Of a stretch of 64,000 bases of DNA, positions 9,800 through 19,795 are shown in pieces. Positions within the stretch are counted from its first letter, which is position 1. Every line of letters starts with the position of its first letter. The stretch comes from an uncultured Candidatus Saccharimonas sp. (GTDB lineage: Bacteria; Patescibacteriota; Saccharimonadia; Saccharimonadales; Saccharimonadaceae). The notes below the pieces were generated by a model. It saw nothing but the letters and a program-made list of their open reading frames with translations. It had not been told where the DNA came from and made no database searches. Position numbers and translations under genes: made by a program. The stretch covers positions 99,625-163,624 of the forward strand of contig CAURDS010000001.1 in the NCBI GenBank assembly GCA_963524215.1. Direction: 5' to 3'.

Positions 9800-9829
9800 A
9801 AAAAGCACGGATGTAAACCCGTGCTTTTT
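9800..9829 (+). terminator. Intrinsic terminator
   Basis: AAAAAGCACGG...CCGTGCTTTTT. Confidence 0.8.
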
Positions 9830-9874
9830 GTTGAACCCTAGCTCTTTTAGACAAAATAGTGTGGCGTTCTCAGG

Positions 9875-10453
9875 CTTGTCACCGAGAGCTTTAAGAGCGA
9901 TCGCTGAACATTCTAGATGTCAACTAGGAAAACCCATCCTATCGCGGTACTTCCATTCCATATCGCGCTTTTTCCATTTTCGTTAATAGACCATTTCCAC
10001 AGAGTGAAATCTGAAATATTTTTCTTTTATAAATTGAAATCGACTCGCGTTCCAGACTTTAAGCCTGTTAGATCTAGTTTTGCAAAATTAGCATAGTGAG
10101 GAAACTTGGCGGTATCAAAATAAATCCCATCAGAAGTTTCATAGGTGCAACCTTTTGCTGTTAGGGTGTCAATGATTTCTATCTGTTCTTGAATGAAACT
10201 AGTTACTCTAGTGAGATGATTTGGAGCTATCAAGTTTAGGCCCTTCATACCTTGCTTGAATTTATTAGTATAAAAATTCGCCACCTCCCATGACGTCTTA
10301 CCAGACTAAAATATCCCAATAAATACTGCCCAGTTTCCGATATGTGGCTCAACATAAACAATTGGACTACAAAATGTAAATTTTAACATTCTGTGGATCA
10401 ATTGACTAAAATATTTCTATTTTTCGGTGTGGAGTATTGTAGAATTTTAACAT
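9875..10453 (-). pseudogene. cysS: Decayed 5' part of a second cysteinyl-tRNA synthetase gene
   Basis: MLKFYNTP..., PHIGNW, TYETSDGIYFDTAKFP, DFTLWKWS and HLECSAIA align to the intact cysS at 50817-52217, with stops, frameshifts and an internal deletion. Confidence 0.85.
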
Positions 10454-10481
10454 GTTATGCTAATAATATTTTACTATAAAT

Positions 10482-11804
10482 TTATTTTTTTGACAAATCA
10501 ATTAAAAATTTTATACCAATCTTGCTATTTTCTATTTTATATTTAATTTTATAATTTGTTAAAATATTTTTAACGATATAAAGTCCAAATCCGCTACCTT
10601 TTTCTTTATTTAGGTCGAAATTTGTTTCGAAAATTTTAGCATTTCTACTATCTTTAATTTTCTGATTTGAATTTTCAATATAAAACCAGTTATTCTTGAC
10701 GCCAATATTTATTTGACCGTTTTGGTCGGAATGCTTTACAGCGTTGCTCACTAAATTTGAGAGAATGATTTCTAGCGCTGTTTCACCGATATAAATTTCT
10801 TCTTGCCTCAGCTGATTATTTATTGAAATATTTCTTTGCTCGGCTAATAATTTATAACTATCTAAAACCTTTTGCAATACTTTATTGATATTGATAAACT
10901 TCTCGTCATTTTTTAGATTTTCGAATGAAGAGGTTGATAGTATTTGAGCAATATTTTGAGCTAATTGATCAATAATATTAAGACAATCTTCAATAGATTT
11001 CTCTTTGTTTTTATATTTGCCAATGCCATATTTCATATTCTCGAGAATTATTTTAAGGCTTGCTAACGGAGTTTTTAGCTCGTGGGAAGCACCTCTAAAA
11101 AACTCGCTTTTTAGTTTTTCGAGTTTAGTGATTTCTTGGTTTTTTATTTCTAGGCCGTCAATCGATTTTAGGAGTGTTAAATATAAGTCATTTATTTGGC
11201 TTTTTAGAGCGCCAACTTCATTTGTGGAATTAACTTTCAGCTTGGCATTTTGGTTGAGCTTCATCATTTGAGTAGTTGTAGTTTTGATTTCATTTATATT
11301 TTTGGTAATGATTTTGGCATAAATTAATGAAACGATAAACGAAAAAAAGAAAGAAAACAAAATTGAAATTGGCAAAAATTGAAAAGTTAGCTCTTTTGCA
11401 TCTTTGTTCATATCTGTTGTTGAGATGAATTTAACCAGTATTTTTTTGTTAGAGTCAGTCTGTACTTCTCTATCTTCAATAACTAAAGAGTTATTATTGC
11501 TGGTTAGATCCGCCTCAATCTGATTATCGATTTTAATTTCATTTAAATGGTCGCTATCTTTCACGAAAGCTTTAACTTTGCTACTTTTAGAATACAGCTC
11601 AAGTATTTGCTTGATGCTTTCGATATTTTTTCCTTGGATATTCTTGGTAATTTGGTCTGCTTTTTGGGTAATTTCTTGCTTGCGGGTTTCAAGGTATACT
11701 TTTGGAAAAATAAAGTAAATTAACGCATGAATTAAAATCGCTAAAATACTCAACGTAGAAAACGTATACAAAAACATCTTTGGAAAAATTTTCAAATTTC
11801 TCAT
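10482..11804 (-). CDS. vncS: Sensor histidine kinase, VncS-like
   Basis: Two TM helices, HAMP, SHELKTP, NLVSNAVK, GSGFGLYIV; position in a vex-vnc locus. Confidence 0.75.
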   Translation of the reverse strand: MRNLKIFPKMFLYTFSTLSILAILIHALIYFIFPKVYLETRKQEITQKADQITKNIQGKNIESIKQILELYSKSSKVKAFVKDSDHLNEIKIDNQIEADLTSNNNSLVIEDREVQTDSNKKILVKFISTTDMNKDAKELTFQFLPISILFSFFFSFIVSLIYAKIITKNINEIKTTTTQMMKLNQNAKLKVNSTNEVGALKSQINDLYLTLLKSIDGLEIKNQEITKLEKLKSEFFRGASHELKTPLASLKIILENMKYGIGKYKNKEKSIEDCLNIIDQLAQNIAQILSTSSFENLKNDEKFININKVLQKVLDSYKLLAEQRNISINNQLRQEEIYIGETALEIILSNLVSNAVKHSDQNGQINIGVKNNWFYIENSNQKIKDSRNAKIFETNFDLNKEKGSGFGLYIVKNILTNYKIKYKIENSKIGIKFLIDLSKK

Positions 11805-12463
11805 TTTTTCTCCAGTTTGTAGCCAATGTTACGGATGGTTTTAATGCAATCAAGCCCAAATTTTTTGCGCAGGTCTTTTATATAAACGTCAATTACTCGG
11901 TCGAATGGCGTGTTCTCACTTTCCTTCCAGACATTTTCTAAAATCTGCTTTCTAGTTAAAGCTCTGCCTTCGTTGAGTAATAAATATTTTAAAACCTCAA
12001 TTTCTTTTGCGCTAATTTCTACTGTGGAATTATTTATTTTTGCAGAAAAATTACTAAAATTAACTTCTAGATCTTTATAACTGAAAACTTCGAATTTTTC
12101 ATAATTTTTTGTAATTAGTGCGTCAATTCGAGCTTTTAAAACTGGGAGTGAAAATGGTTTTTCAATATAACCATCCGCTAGATTTGAAAAGGCGGTGATT
12201 TTGAATTCTTCATCGCTAAAAGCAGTTAGAATGAGAACTGGCAGATTGCTTTTCTCTCTAATTTTTCGAAGGACGTCCAGGCCATTTATAAATGGAATTT
12301 GAATATCCAAAATCACCAAGTCGATTTTATTTGATTCGAATTTAAATAAAGCCTCTCGCCCGTCGCGCGCCTCGATTATTTCGTAGCCAAATTCAGATAA
12401 ATATGCGCAAATTCCTTCTCGTATTGTTGCGTCATCTTCGGTAATAAGTATTTTCATTGTCAT
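11801..12463 (-). CDS. vncR: OmpR-family response regulator, VncR-like
   Basis: Receiver plus winged helix (RVIDVYIK.LRKK, TIRNIGY); overlaps vncS. Confidence 0.8.
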   Translation of the reverse strand: MTMKILITEDDATIREGICAYLSEFGYEIIEARDGREALFKFESNKIDLVILDIQIPFINGLDVLRKIREKSNLPVLILTAFSDEEFKITAFSNLADGYIEKPFSLPVLKARIDALITKNYEKFEVFSYKDLEVNFSNFSAKINNSTVEISAKEIEVLKYLLLNEGRALTRKQILENVWKESENTPFDRVIDVYIKDLRKKFGLDCIKTIRNIGYKLEKK

Positions 12464-12539
12464 CTTTTAATATTATATCACTTTATAGTATCTACTTCAA
12501 AGAGAATATCAGCGCCATTGTGGAGCTGATATTATTTCT

Positions 12540-13916
12540 TTATTCCGCATCTGATAGTAAATCTTTAGGGTTTTTCTTTAGAATACCAGATGAAGCAATG
12601 TATAGCGAAATTGCGAGCACGATAGTCATGAATATAATTACCCAGACCAGCATATTTGGATTGATCGTCATATCGAGGCTGCTGAGAGTTTTATTAAATC
12701 CATCCACCTCAGCACCACCACCTAGGCCTGTTGAAGCTGATTGTTTAGCAATTTGCTTGGCGATATTTCCGGTAACACTTTGCAAAATATTGTTTCCGAT
12801 ATGTTTTCCAGCATAGCTAGCCAAGAAATATGAACCGATGAAAGCTGGGATTGTTACAAAGGCTAGTTCTGCTGCAAACTGAGCCAAAATTTGGCCTTTC
12901 GAAATTCCTAATGAAAGCAATACTGCAATTTCTTTTTTGCGGGCATTGATCCATAAGAACAATAGTAGTGAAACTATAATTCCAGCGAATAACAATGACC
13001 CAATAAATAACTGGTTAGCTATAGAATAAACTCCTGAAATTGATTGTTGAAGCGCAGGATAGTTTGAAGAGCTTTTAATTAGACTGTATTCTTGCCAATT
13101 TATATCTAATTTTCCAAGATCTTTTATAACTTGGTCAAGATTTTTATTTCCTTTAACGGAAAAAGTTGCATCTTGGTAGGTTGCTGTGTCTTCGGTATTT
13201 CCGTAAACCTTTGCTGCGGTGTGAATATCTGTAACTAAGGTATTTTCGTAAAGTTCTTGTGCAGCAGTAACGCCGCCTTTGTTGTGCCCGTCAAAAAGGC
13301 CTTTTATCTCAACTTCTACTGTTTCGTTAGCGCCTTTTTCATTATCTGCATCAAATAAATTTGATTTTAGCTTAATTCTATCGCCAACTTTGAGATTGTT
13401 CTTTTTGGCTAAATCTTTGTGAATCAAAACCTTATTTTTGTCTTGAGCGGTTAAATGCTTGCCTTCAACTAATTTATATGCGCCTGAAATAAATTTTGTT
13501 TCTTTAGAAGAATCATTAACACCAGTAAGCATTACGGCTCTTTTGAAATTCTTAGCTCGCTCAGGCGATTGATTGGCTGCGGTTTCGGCTGTTTCAATGA
13601 TGTCATGGCCGTCTAAGTCGGCAACGCTATTAATTCTTTTTACGTAGCTTTCTATATTTTCAGAATTTGCGATTTTTTTAATATCCTGGCCTTTGACGTT
13701 TCCTCCACCTCTTGGTGTTCCAGGATTAACTCGGCGGTTTATTTCCATCGAAAAGCTATTTGTGATATTGCTAAAAGTTTTGGTTGAAGCTTTGTCGGTA
13801 GCTTCTTTGATAGATAAACTAATTAAACTTAAAGCCGACATTGTTAAGATGACCAATAAAATCACTAGTGATTTTAAGCCTTTTCTTGTTACGTATGCAA
13901 AAGCATTTTTTAACAT
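12540..13916 (-). CDS. vex3: MacB/FtsX-type ABC permease, Vex3-like
   Basis: NAFAYVTRK, INRRVN.GTPRG.GN, KSSSNYPAL and LGGGAEVDGF segments as recalled for pneumococcal Vex3. Confidence 0.8.
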   Translation of the reverse strand: MLKNAFAYVTRKGLKSLVILLVILTMSALSLISLSIKEATDKASTKTFSNITNSFSMEINRRVNPGTPRGGGNVKGQDIKKIANSENIESYVKRINSVADLDGHDIIETAETAANQSPERAKNFKRAVMLTGVNDSSKETKFISGAYKLVEGKHLTAQDKNKVLIHKDLAKKNNLKVGDRIKLKSNLFDADNEKGANETVEVEIKGLFDGHNKGGVTAAQELYENTLVTDIHTAAKVYGNTEDTATYQDATFSVKGNKNLDQVIKDLGKLDINWQEYSLIKSSSNYPALQQSISGVYSIANQLFIGSLLFAGIIVSLLLFLWINARKKEIAVLLSLGISKGQILAQFAAELAFVTIPAFIGSYFLASYAGKHIGNNILQSVTGNIAKQIAKQSASTGLGGGAEVDGFNKTLSSLDMTINPNMLVWVIIFMTIVLAISLYIASSGILKKNPKDLLSDAE

Positions 13917-13930
13917 TATTTTACTCCCTT

Positions 13931-14569
13931 CTACCCACGTTTATTAATTAGTTTTTTATTTTTAAGTTCGAACACGATATCAGCAGCGCGTGCCACTTCT
14001 TTGCTGTGAGTTACAACAATTACACATTTGTTCCTCTCTTTGGCTAGTTTTTTGAGAATTTCGATAATTTCGCTAGCTGTATTTTCGTCCAAATTTCCAG
14101 TTGGCTCATCGGCCAAAATAACTGGCGCGCTCGAGACTAATGCGCGGGCGATCGCCACCCTTTGCTGCTGGCCACCTGAAAGCTTCATTACATTTCGTTT
14201 AATTTGATGTTCGCTAAGGCCAAGTTCTAGCAAAATATCTTGCTGAGCTTGGTTATTCACTAGGCGGATATTTTCCAGCGGTGAAAGGTAGTCAATGAGA
14301 TTATAGTTTTGAAAGACTAGCGAGATGTTGTTTTTGCGGTGATTTGTGTAACCAGCTTCTTGAATATTTTCTCCATTGAAAAGTATTTTTCCGCTGTCTG
14401 GCTCATCTAGGCCGGCTAGCAATGAGAGTAGTGTGGATTTTCCGGAGCCAGATTTACCAATAATTGCGTAAAACCTTCCCTCTTCGAAACTTTCATTAAC
14501 GTTTGCTAGAACTTTTTCTCTTGAATCTTTATAACTATAAGTTAAATTTTTAATCTCTAATATTTTCAT
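13931..14569 (-). CDS. vex2: ABC ATP-binding protein, Vex2-like
   Basis: [27 protein letters not shown]. Confidence 0.8.
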   Translation of the reverse strand: MKILEIKNLTYSYKDSREKVLANVNESFEEGRFYAIIGKSGSGKSTLLSLLAGLDEPDSGKILFNGENIQEAGYTNHRKNNISLVFQNYNLIDYLSPLENIRLVNNQAQQDILLELGLSEHQIKRNVMKLSGGQQQRVAIARALVSSAPVILADEPTGNLDENTASEIIEILKKLAKERNKCVIVVTHSKEVARAADIVFELKNKKLINKRG

Positions 14570-14578
14570 ATTATTCTC

Positions 14579-15868
14579 CTAACTAATTTTTGATAAAATT
14601 TCCTTTGGTTTTTTAACTAAAATCATCATTGACGCAGTAATCACGGACAGAATAATTATTGTGATTAATATGCTGTAGCTTTGGGTGAAAACCGCTAAGC
14701 TGTCTAATCCAAAAATATTGTTTGTGAAACTTGATACTATAGATGAGGTTTCTTCCGTCTCACTAAGCCCTTTTGTGATTAAGCTGAAAACTAAATTCCC
14801 AAGAATGAAAGAGATGATCATTGTTGGGATTGAAATTAAAACTAGCTCTATAATAAATTGTGATACTATATGAAGTTTACTTGCACCGATTGATAGTAAA
14901 ATCCCTATTTCATAAATCCTCTCTCGCAACCAAAGCATTAGAATCAAACTAAGCACCACGCTTCCACCAATTATTATCAAATAAGTCATTAAATTGATAA
15001 TATTTTTAACTCCAGCTATTGACTCTAAACTGTCTTTGAAAGCGGCATTATTTTTCTCGATCTTATATTTAGACCAGTCAATATTAAGCTTTTCAGTTTT
15101 TGCAATGGCTTTGTCTAGCTGGTCTGCTGTTTCGGTGTATAGAGTTATTTTGCTTAAAAGGTCTTTATCTTCTGGCAAATTAAGAGATCGCATAGTTGTT
15201 TCAAAATCTGAAAATATTGTATTTTCGCTAAAATCAGAAGATAAACCAGTGTATTTCTCTTGCTTTTTGCCGCTAAAAATCCCGATGATTTCGAATTTAG
15301 TTTTTTGAGTTTCAGTTTTTTTGCCGCTCGCATTTATTAAACTTAGCTCAATCTTGTCGCCAATTTTTAGATTATTTTTTTGAGCGAAAGCCTCGTGGAT
15401 TAAGACCTTTGCTTTATCGTTTTGCTCCAAATGGCGACCTTGTTTGAGTTTAAATACGCCACTACTAAATAGTGTATTTTTGGCAGTATTGTTGGCACTG
15501 TGAATTGCGACTGTATTTTTTAAGTCTTCATTGAGATCGTCTCGCTGAACCTGCTGATTAGCAGATATAGCTTTAGCATTTTTAGGTTTAGCCAATCCTT
15601 CGTATTCAAGCAATGATTCTTTGATTTCTTTAATATTTTGAATATTCTTAACATCTTTGTAGCTAAAGTAGCCCTGAGAATCTTTCTTAACTATCGAGAA
15701 AGATGAATTCGATGCTTTATATAGTGAATTCTCTAGGTTCCTACTAGAATTAACTACGCTCAAACATGCGTATAGGCTTGAAAGCACCGCGGTAAGAATT
15801 AAAAAAACAATCGTAGTTCTTTTTTTCTTTCGCGTAACATAAGCCAGTGACTTTTGTATGATTCTCAA
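14579..15868 (-). CDS. vex1: MacB/FtsX-type ABC permease, Vex1-like
   Basis: AYVTRK N-terminus, LWLRERIYEIGILLSIG, PKEILSKIS C-terminus. Confidence 0.75.
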   Translation of the reverse strand: MRIIQKSLAYVTRKKKRTTIVFLILTAVLSSLYACLSVVNSSRNLENSLYKASNSSFSIVKKDSQGYFSYKDVKNIQNIKEIKESLLEYEGLAKPKNAKAISANQQVQRDDLNEDLKNTVAIHSANNTAKNTLFSSGVFKLKQGRHLEQNDKAKVLIHEAFAQKNNLKIGDKIELSLINASGKKTETQKTKFEIIGIFSGKKQEKYTGLSSDFSENTIFSDFETTMRSLNLPEDKDLLSKITLYTETADQLDKAIAKTEKLNIDWSKYKIEKNNAAFKDSLESIAGVKNIINLMTYLIIIGGSVVLSLILMLWLRERIYEIGILLSIGASKLHIVSQFIIELVLISIPTMIISFILGNLVFSLITKGLSETEETSSIVSSFTNNIFGLDSLAVFTQSYSILITIIILSVITASMMILVKKPKEILSKIS

Positions 15869-15905
15869 TCTATCTCCTTTCGCTTTAGTTTCATACTTAA
15901 CTATA

Positions 15906-15938
15906 TTTTATGATAGTTTTATGAAGTGAATATGAAAT
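15906..15938 (-). promoter_or_regulatory. Three TATGA direct repeats at 11-bp period upstream of vex1, candidate VncR boxes
   Basis: TATGA at 15909, 15920 and 15931. Confidence 0.55.
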
Positions 15939-16084
15939 TTGGTAGATTTTTTTACAGAAATTTCAATAAGTGAAAGATCTTCTAAATTTGAAGTGGTGTT
16001 TGATGGGGCTAAAAAGCTGAGAAAAGCCAGAGCTCCCCCCATGGTTATTTTTATTATTTATATAAAAGCAAATAAGAATATTTT

Positions 16085-16645
16085 TTAGATTGAGCGCCTA
16101 TCGTTTTCGAGTGAATCTTTCGCGAATTTTTCAACAAAATCTTCACAAACTTCAAAAATCTGGGGCAGTTTTTCGCTTTCACTTTTCGAAAATTTTGCAA
16201 GAACAAAATTCATCGCGCCGATTGTTGGCAAAAAATCATTAGCGATGCCAATTTTAATTCTTGGAAAATCTTCGCCAAAAACCGAAATTAAAGATTTCAA
16301 ACCATTATTTCCGGCCGAGCTTCCACTTTTTCGAACACGGACCACGCCAAAATCCAAATCTAGATCATCGTGAATTGCTAAAAAATCTTTTTGAAAATTA
16401 ATTTTATAAAAATCACAAATCGCCTGCGCTGAAAAACCTGTTTCATTATAAAAAGTTGTTGGTTTAACAAGCAAAACTTTTTCACCAAAAAGTGTAATTT
16501 CGGCAATAAAAGCTTTAAATTTTGGCTTTTCTTGGAATTTTGCGTTAAATTTTTTTGCTAAATAATCTGCAAAATTAAAGCCGAGATTGTGGCGAGTTCC
16601 GTTGTATTTTTCGGGGAAATTACCTTGAAAAAGTATGACTTTCAT
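16085..16645 (-). CDS. pth: Peptidyl-tRNA hydrolase
   Basis: TRHNLGF, KPTTFYN, HDDLD, GNNGLKS. Confidence 0.95.
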   Translation of the reverse strand: MKVILFQGNFPEKYNGTRHNLGFNFADYLAKKFNAKFQEKPKFKAFIAEITLFGEKVLLVKPTTFYNETGFSAQAICDFYKINFQKDFLAIHDDLDLDFGVVRVRKSGSSAGNNGLKSLISVFGEDFPRIKIGIANDFLPTIGAMNFVLAKFSKSESEKLPQIFEVCEDFVEKFAKDSLENDRRSI

Positions 16646-16684
16646 TTTATCCTTTCGAAAATCGCCCCAAGCGCGGGGCGAAAA

Positions 16685-18145
16685 TTATTGATTTTTTTGA
16701 ATTCGAGCGAGTTTTTCGTCGCGTTTGCGTTCGCGTTTATTTTGCGTATCGGTAGCTTTTTTAAGCGCGCCAGAGTTTTTGTTGACTATTTTTTTACCGG
16801 CTGAAATTCTTGCGCGGTTTTCTTTAATTTGCTTTTCATCTCTGAAAGAAAACTTAATCGGCGTGCCAGAATAATCGAAATTCTCGCGGATTAAGCGCTC
16901 CAAATATCGTTTATAGCTCCAATGAACAAATTTTAAATTTGAGCCGTGAATAATAAACCAAGGTGGATTGCTATCACTTTGCGAAATATAGCGCAATTTT
17001 GGGTGAGTATTCTTCAAGCCTGCTGGTGGATGAGCTTGAGTTGCTTTTTGCAGAAGCTGATTTAAGATTGAAGTCTTTGCTTGCCTTGCACGGTTGCGGT
17101 GAACTTTCAAAATCAAATCATAAATTTTTGTCACATTTTGTCCAGTTTTCGAACTCGTAAAAATTAACGGAGCCCAAGGTGTAAACTTGAAGTAATATGC
17201 GATTTGTGGCGCCAAAGCATCGCGAGTGAAGGCGTCTTTTCCTTCAACGCTATCCCATTTCGAAACCACAATAATCATCCCTTTTCCGGCATCATTAATT
17301 AAGCCAGCAATTCGTTGATCGAGCTGAGTGTTGAGTTCATTCGCATCCATCAAAAGCAAACAAATATCAGCTTCATCAATCGCATTCAAGGTTCGAAGCA
17401 CACTAAATTTCTCAATTCCAACTTCCTGTTTGCCGGGTTTTCGCATTCCAGCTGTATCGATAATTTCGATAGTTTTTTCATTAAAGCGAATTTGCGTTTT
17501 GTTGGTATCACGCGTTGTTCCAGCAACATTTGCAACAATCGCCTGCTGTTTACCTGCCATCGTATTGAAAAGGTAAGATTTTCCGGCATTTGGGCGTCCA
17601 ACCAAAGCCACACGAATTATATCTTCATCGCGTTTTTCTTCTTTAACTTTTGGAATTTTTTCAGCAATTTCGGTCAAGAGCTCATCGACGCCAGCATTGT
17701 GCTCGGCAGAAGTTCGAATAATCGGTTTAATACCAAGTCGCAGAAATTCTTCATTTGGTAAATTCCCTTTTAAGTCAGTTTTGTTCAAAACCAAAACTAC
17801 TGGCTTTCGAGATTTTAAAGCCTTTTTTGCAATCAAGCGGTCTTCGTTCGAAAAAGGTTTAGTGCTATCAAGAACTACCAAAATCAATTCACTGGCGTCA
17901 ACCGCGTCTTGAATTTGTTCTTGAATTGTCGCTTCAAAATCATCATTCGGGTCTTTTAGACCAGCTGTATCGATCAGCCAAAAAGCCTGTTTTTTGTAAC
18001 TAACTTTTCCAAGAACGCTGTCGCGCGTCGTTCCGGCTTCTCGTGCAACAACGGCTTGTTGGGCACGAATCATTCGATTAAAAAGCGAAGATTTTCCAAC
18101 ATTCGCCTGACCAATAATTGCAACTTTAGGGAGATTTTTAGACAT
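16685..18145 (-). CDS. der: Ribosome biogenesis GTPase Der/EngA
   Basis: Two tandem G domains (G..N.GKS, GTTRD, DTAG) plus KH-like tail. Confidence 0.95.
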   Translation of the reverse strand: MSKNLPKVAIIGQANVGKSSLFNRMIRAQQAVVAREAGTTRDSVLGKVSYKKQAFWLIDTAGLKDPNDDFEATIQEQIQDAVDASELILVVLDSTKPFSNEDRLIAKKALKSRKPVVLVLNKTDLKGNLPNEEFLRLGIKPIIRTSAEHNAGVDELLTEIAEKIPKVKEEKRDEDIIRVALVGRPNAGKSYLFNTMAGKQQAIVANVAGTTRDTNKTQIRFNEKTIEIIDTAGMRKPGKQEVGIEKFSVLRTLNAIDEADICLLLMDANELNTQLDQRIAGLINDAGKGMIIVVSKWDSVEGKDAFTRDALAPQIAYYFKFTPWAPLIFTSSKTGQNVTKIYDLILKVHRNRARQAKTSILNQLLQKATQAHPPAGLKNTHPKLRYISQSDSNPPWFIIHGSNLKFVHWSYKRYLERLIRENFDYSGTPIKFSFRDEKQIKENRARISAGKKIVNKNSGALKKATDTQNKRERKRDEKLARIQKNQ

Positions 18146-18194
18146 AGTTTCTTAATTATAACACAATATGCCTAAAAATTCAAACTTTTCGAAA

Positions 18195-19529
18195 TTAAAA
18201 TCCAACTTTAATTTTTTGTTTTCGAAGATAAATTTCAGATAAAAAGAATTGCAAAAATCCAACAATTGCAGTGGTCAAGAATACGCCAGTCAAGCCAAGG
18301 TTTAAAGTTTTTAGAAAAATTAAAATTCCAATTGGGGTTAGAATGCTGGTTGCTGCTGCATAAATTACTTGCATGGTGCCATTGTATTTTTTCAAAAATG
18401 AACGCGTAATTGAAAGCAAGATATAATAGCGAATTTTTGAACCAACTTCGATCGCGAATAAAATCAAAATCATCGGATTGAGGATTGCGTTTTTTACCGC
18501 TGAATCGTTTGAAATAATATTCACCCAAATTGGCGCCGAAAATCCAATCGAAATTGTAAGAATAAAGAAAAATTTTAAAGCTAACCGCCAAATAAATTTG
18601 TTATTTTGATAAACTTCTTTTTGTGTTTTAAAGCCTAATTTCGAGTTGTAAGAAACGTCAACATTTGCAAGACTTGCGCTTGCATCAACTACGCCTTCAA
18701 GAAAAGCACCAATCGTATAAATCCAATATCGGGCTGAAACAAATGATGGTGAAAGATATAACAATGATGATGTTGTGAAAATAGCAACAATTCGTGGAGC
18801 TAATCTGCGGATAATTTCCCATTTTGTATTTAACCAAAGTTTTTTAATCCATCTCTGATCAAATTCAAAACCATTTTTAAAGAAGTTCGGGCAAGGTTTA
18901 GCAATTAAAAAATAAATCAGTGGAATTGCGTTAGCCAAAAAACAAGCAATCATCATTCCATTCGCTCCCCAATTAAAAACCCAAAGTGCTATAAAAGAAC
19001 CGATCGCCATAAACCAAGTTGTAGCATGGTCGAGAATCATTGCTTCTCGTGTTCGAAAAGTTGCTTTCAGATAAGAAGTTATTAACATCTGGTTTGGACA
19101 AATCAAGAAAATTGTTGCTACACAAATTCGCCAATAAGGCACATACATTGAAAGCAATTCTTTCGAAACCCCAAGACTACCAAGAATTTCGCCCGCAAAA
19201 ATAAAAGAAATAAGAGCGGCTGGTGTTAAAATTAAATAAACCAAATAAAATGCATTTTTTAAAGGTTTCGAAGCTTTTTCGGCGCTTTTGCCCACCATGT
19301 AAGCTGGCAAATTTGCAACTAGAGCTGTTCGAACGGCATAATAAGCACACGAAAGTACCACCCACAGCGTATCTGATACTGCAAACATTGTTAATGATTT
19401 TTGAGCATAAGCTACATTTGGATACCAGGCCATTACTAGCGCCCAGTTTGCTTCGACAAGATTATCGGCAATCGTGCCGAGAAAATTATCGAAGAACATT
19501 TTTCGAAGTTCTTTTTTAGTTTTTAGCAT
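18195..19529 (-). CDS. Polytopic membrane protein, MATE/MOP-like
   Basis: About 12 hydrophobic segments in ~445 aa; family by size and topology only. Confidence 0.55.
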   Translation of the reverse strand: MLKTKKELRKMFFDNFLGTIADNLVEANWALVMAWYPNVAYAQKSLTMFAVSDTLWVVLSCAYYAVRTALVANLPAYMVGKSAEKASKPLKNAFYLVYLILTPAALISFIFAGEILGSLGVSKELLSMYVPYWRICVATIFLICPNQMLITSYLKATFRTREAMILDHATTWFMAIGSFIALWVFNWGANGMMIACFLANAIPLIYFLIAKPCPNFFKNGFEFDQRWIKKLWLNTKWEIIRRLAPRIVAIFTTSSLLYLSPSFVSARYWIYTIGAFLEGVVDASASLANVDVSYNSKLGFKTQKEVYQNNKFIWRLALKFFFILTISIGFSAPIWVNIISNDSAVKNAILNPMILILFAIEVGSKIRYYILLSITRSFLKKYNGTMQVIYAAATSILTPIGILIFLKTLNLGLTGVFLTTAIVGFLQFFLSEIYLRKQKIKVGF

Positions 19530-19760
19530 ATTCAATTATTGTATAATTTTTCGAAATAAAAATCAATATTGAGAAACTTGCTCGAGCTTGTGAGTTCGAG
19601 TCTAACTCTGGCAATGAAGATAAAATTCCGATTGAAATTAAAGAATATTTCGAAAAGATTTTGGATATTTTTTGTCAAATTATGCTTGACGAAAGTGTCG
19701 AAATATCAGCTGGTTATATAATGAATTTACTGATTAACATTGAAAAAATGTAGCAGATTT

Positions 19761-19784
19761 AAAAGACCTCTTTTGAGGTCTTTT
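19761..19784. terminator. Bidirectional terminator
   Basis: AAAAGACCTC-TTTT-GAGGTCTTTT. Confidence 0.8.
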
Positions 19785-19795
19785 CTTCTTTTGTA

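Larger units (their letters stand above)
6700..16000. mobile_element. Accessory island between smpB and pth; no integrase or att repeats seen
   Basis: Defence-like nuclease, decayed duplicate cysS, Firmicute-type vex/vnc module, fewer TTCGAA sites. Boundaries approximate. Confidence 0.55.
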
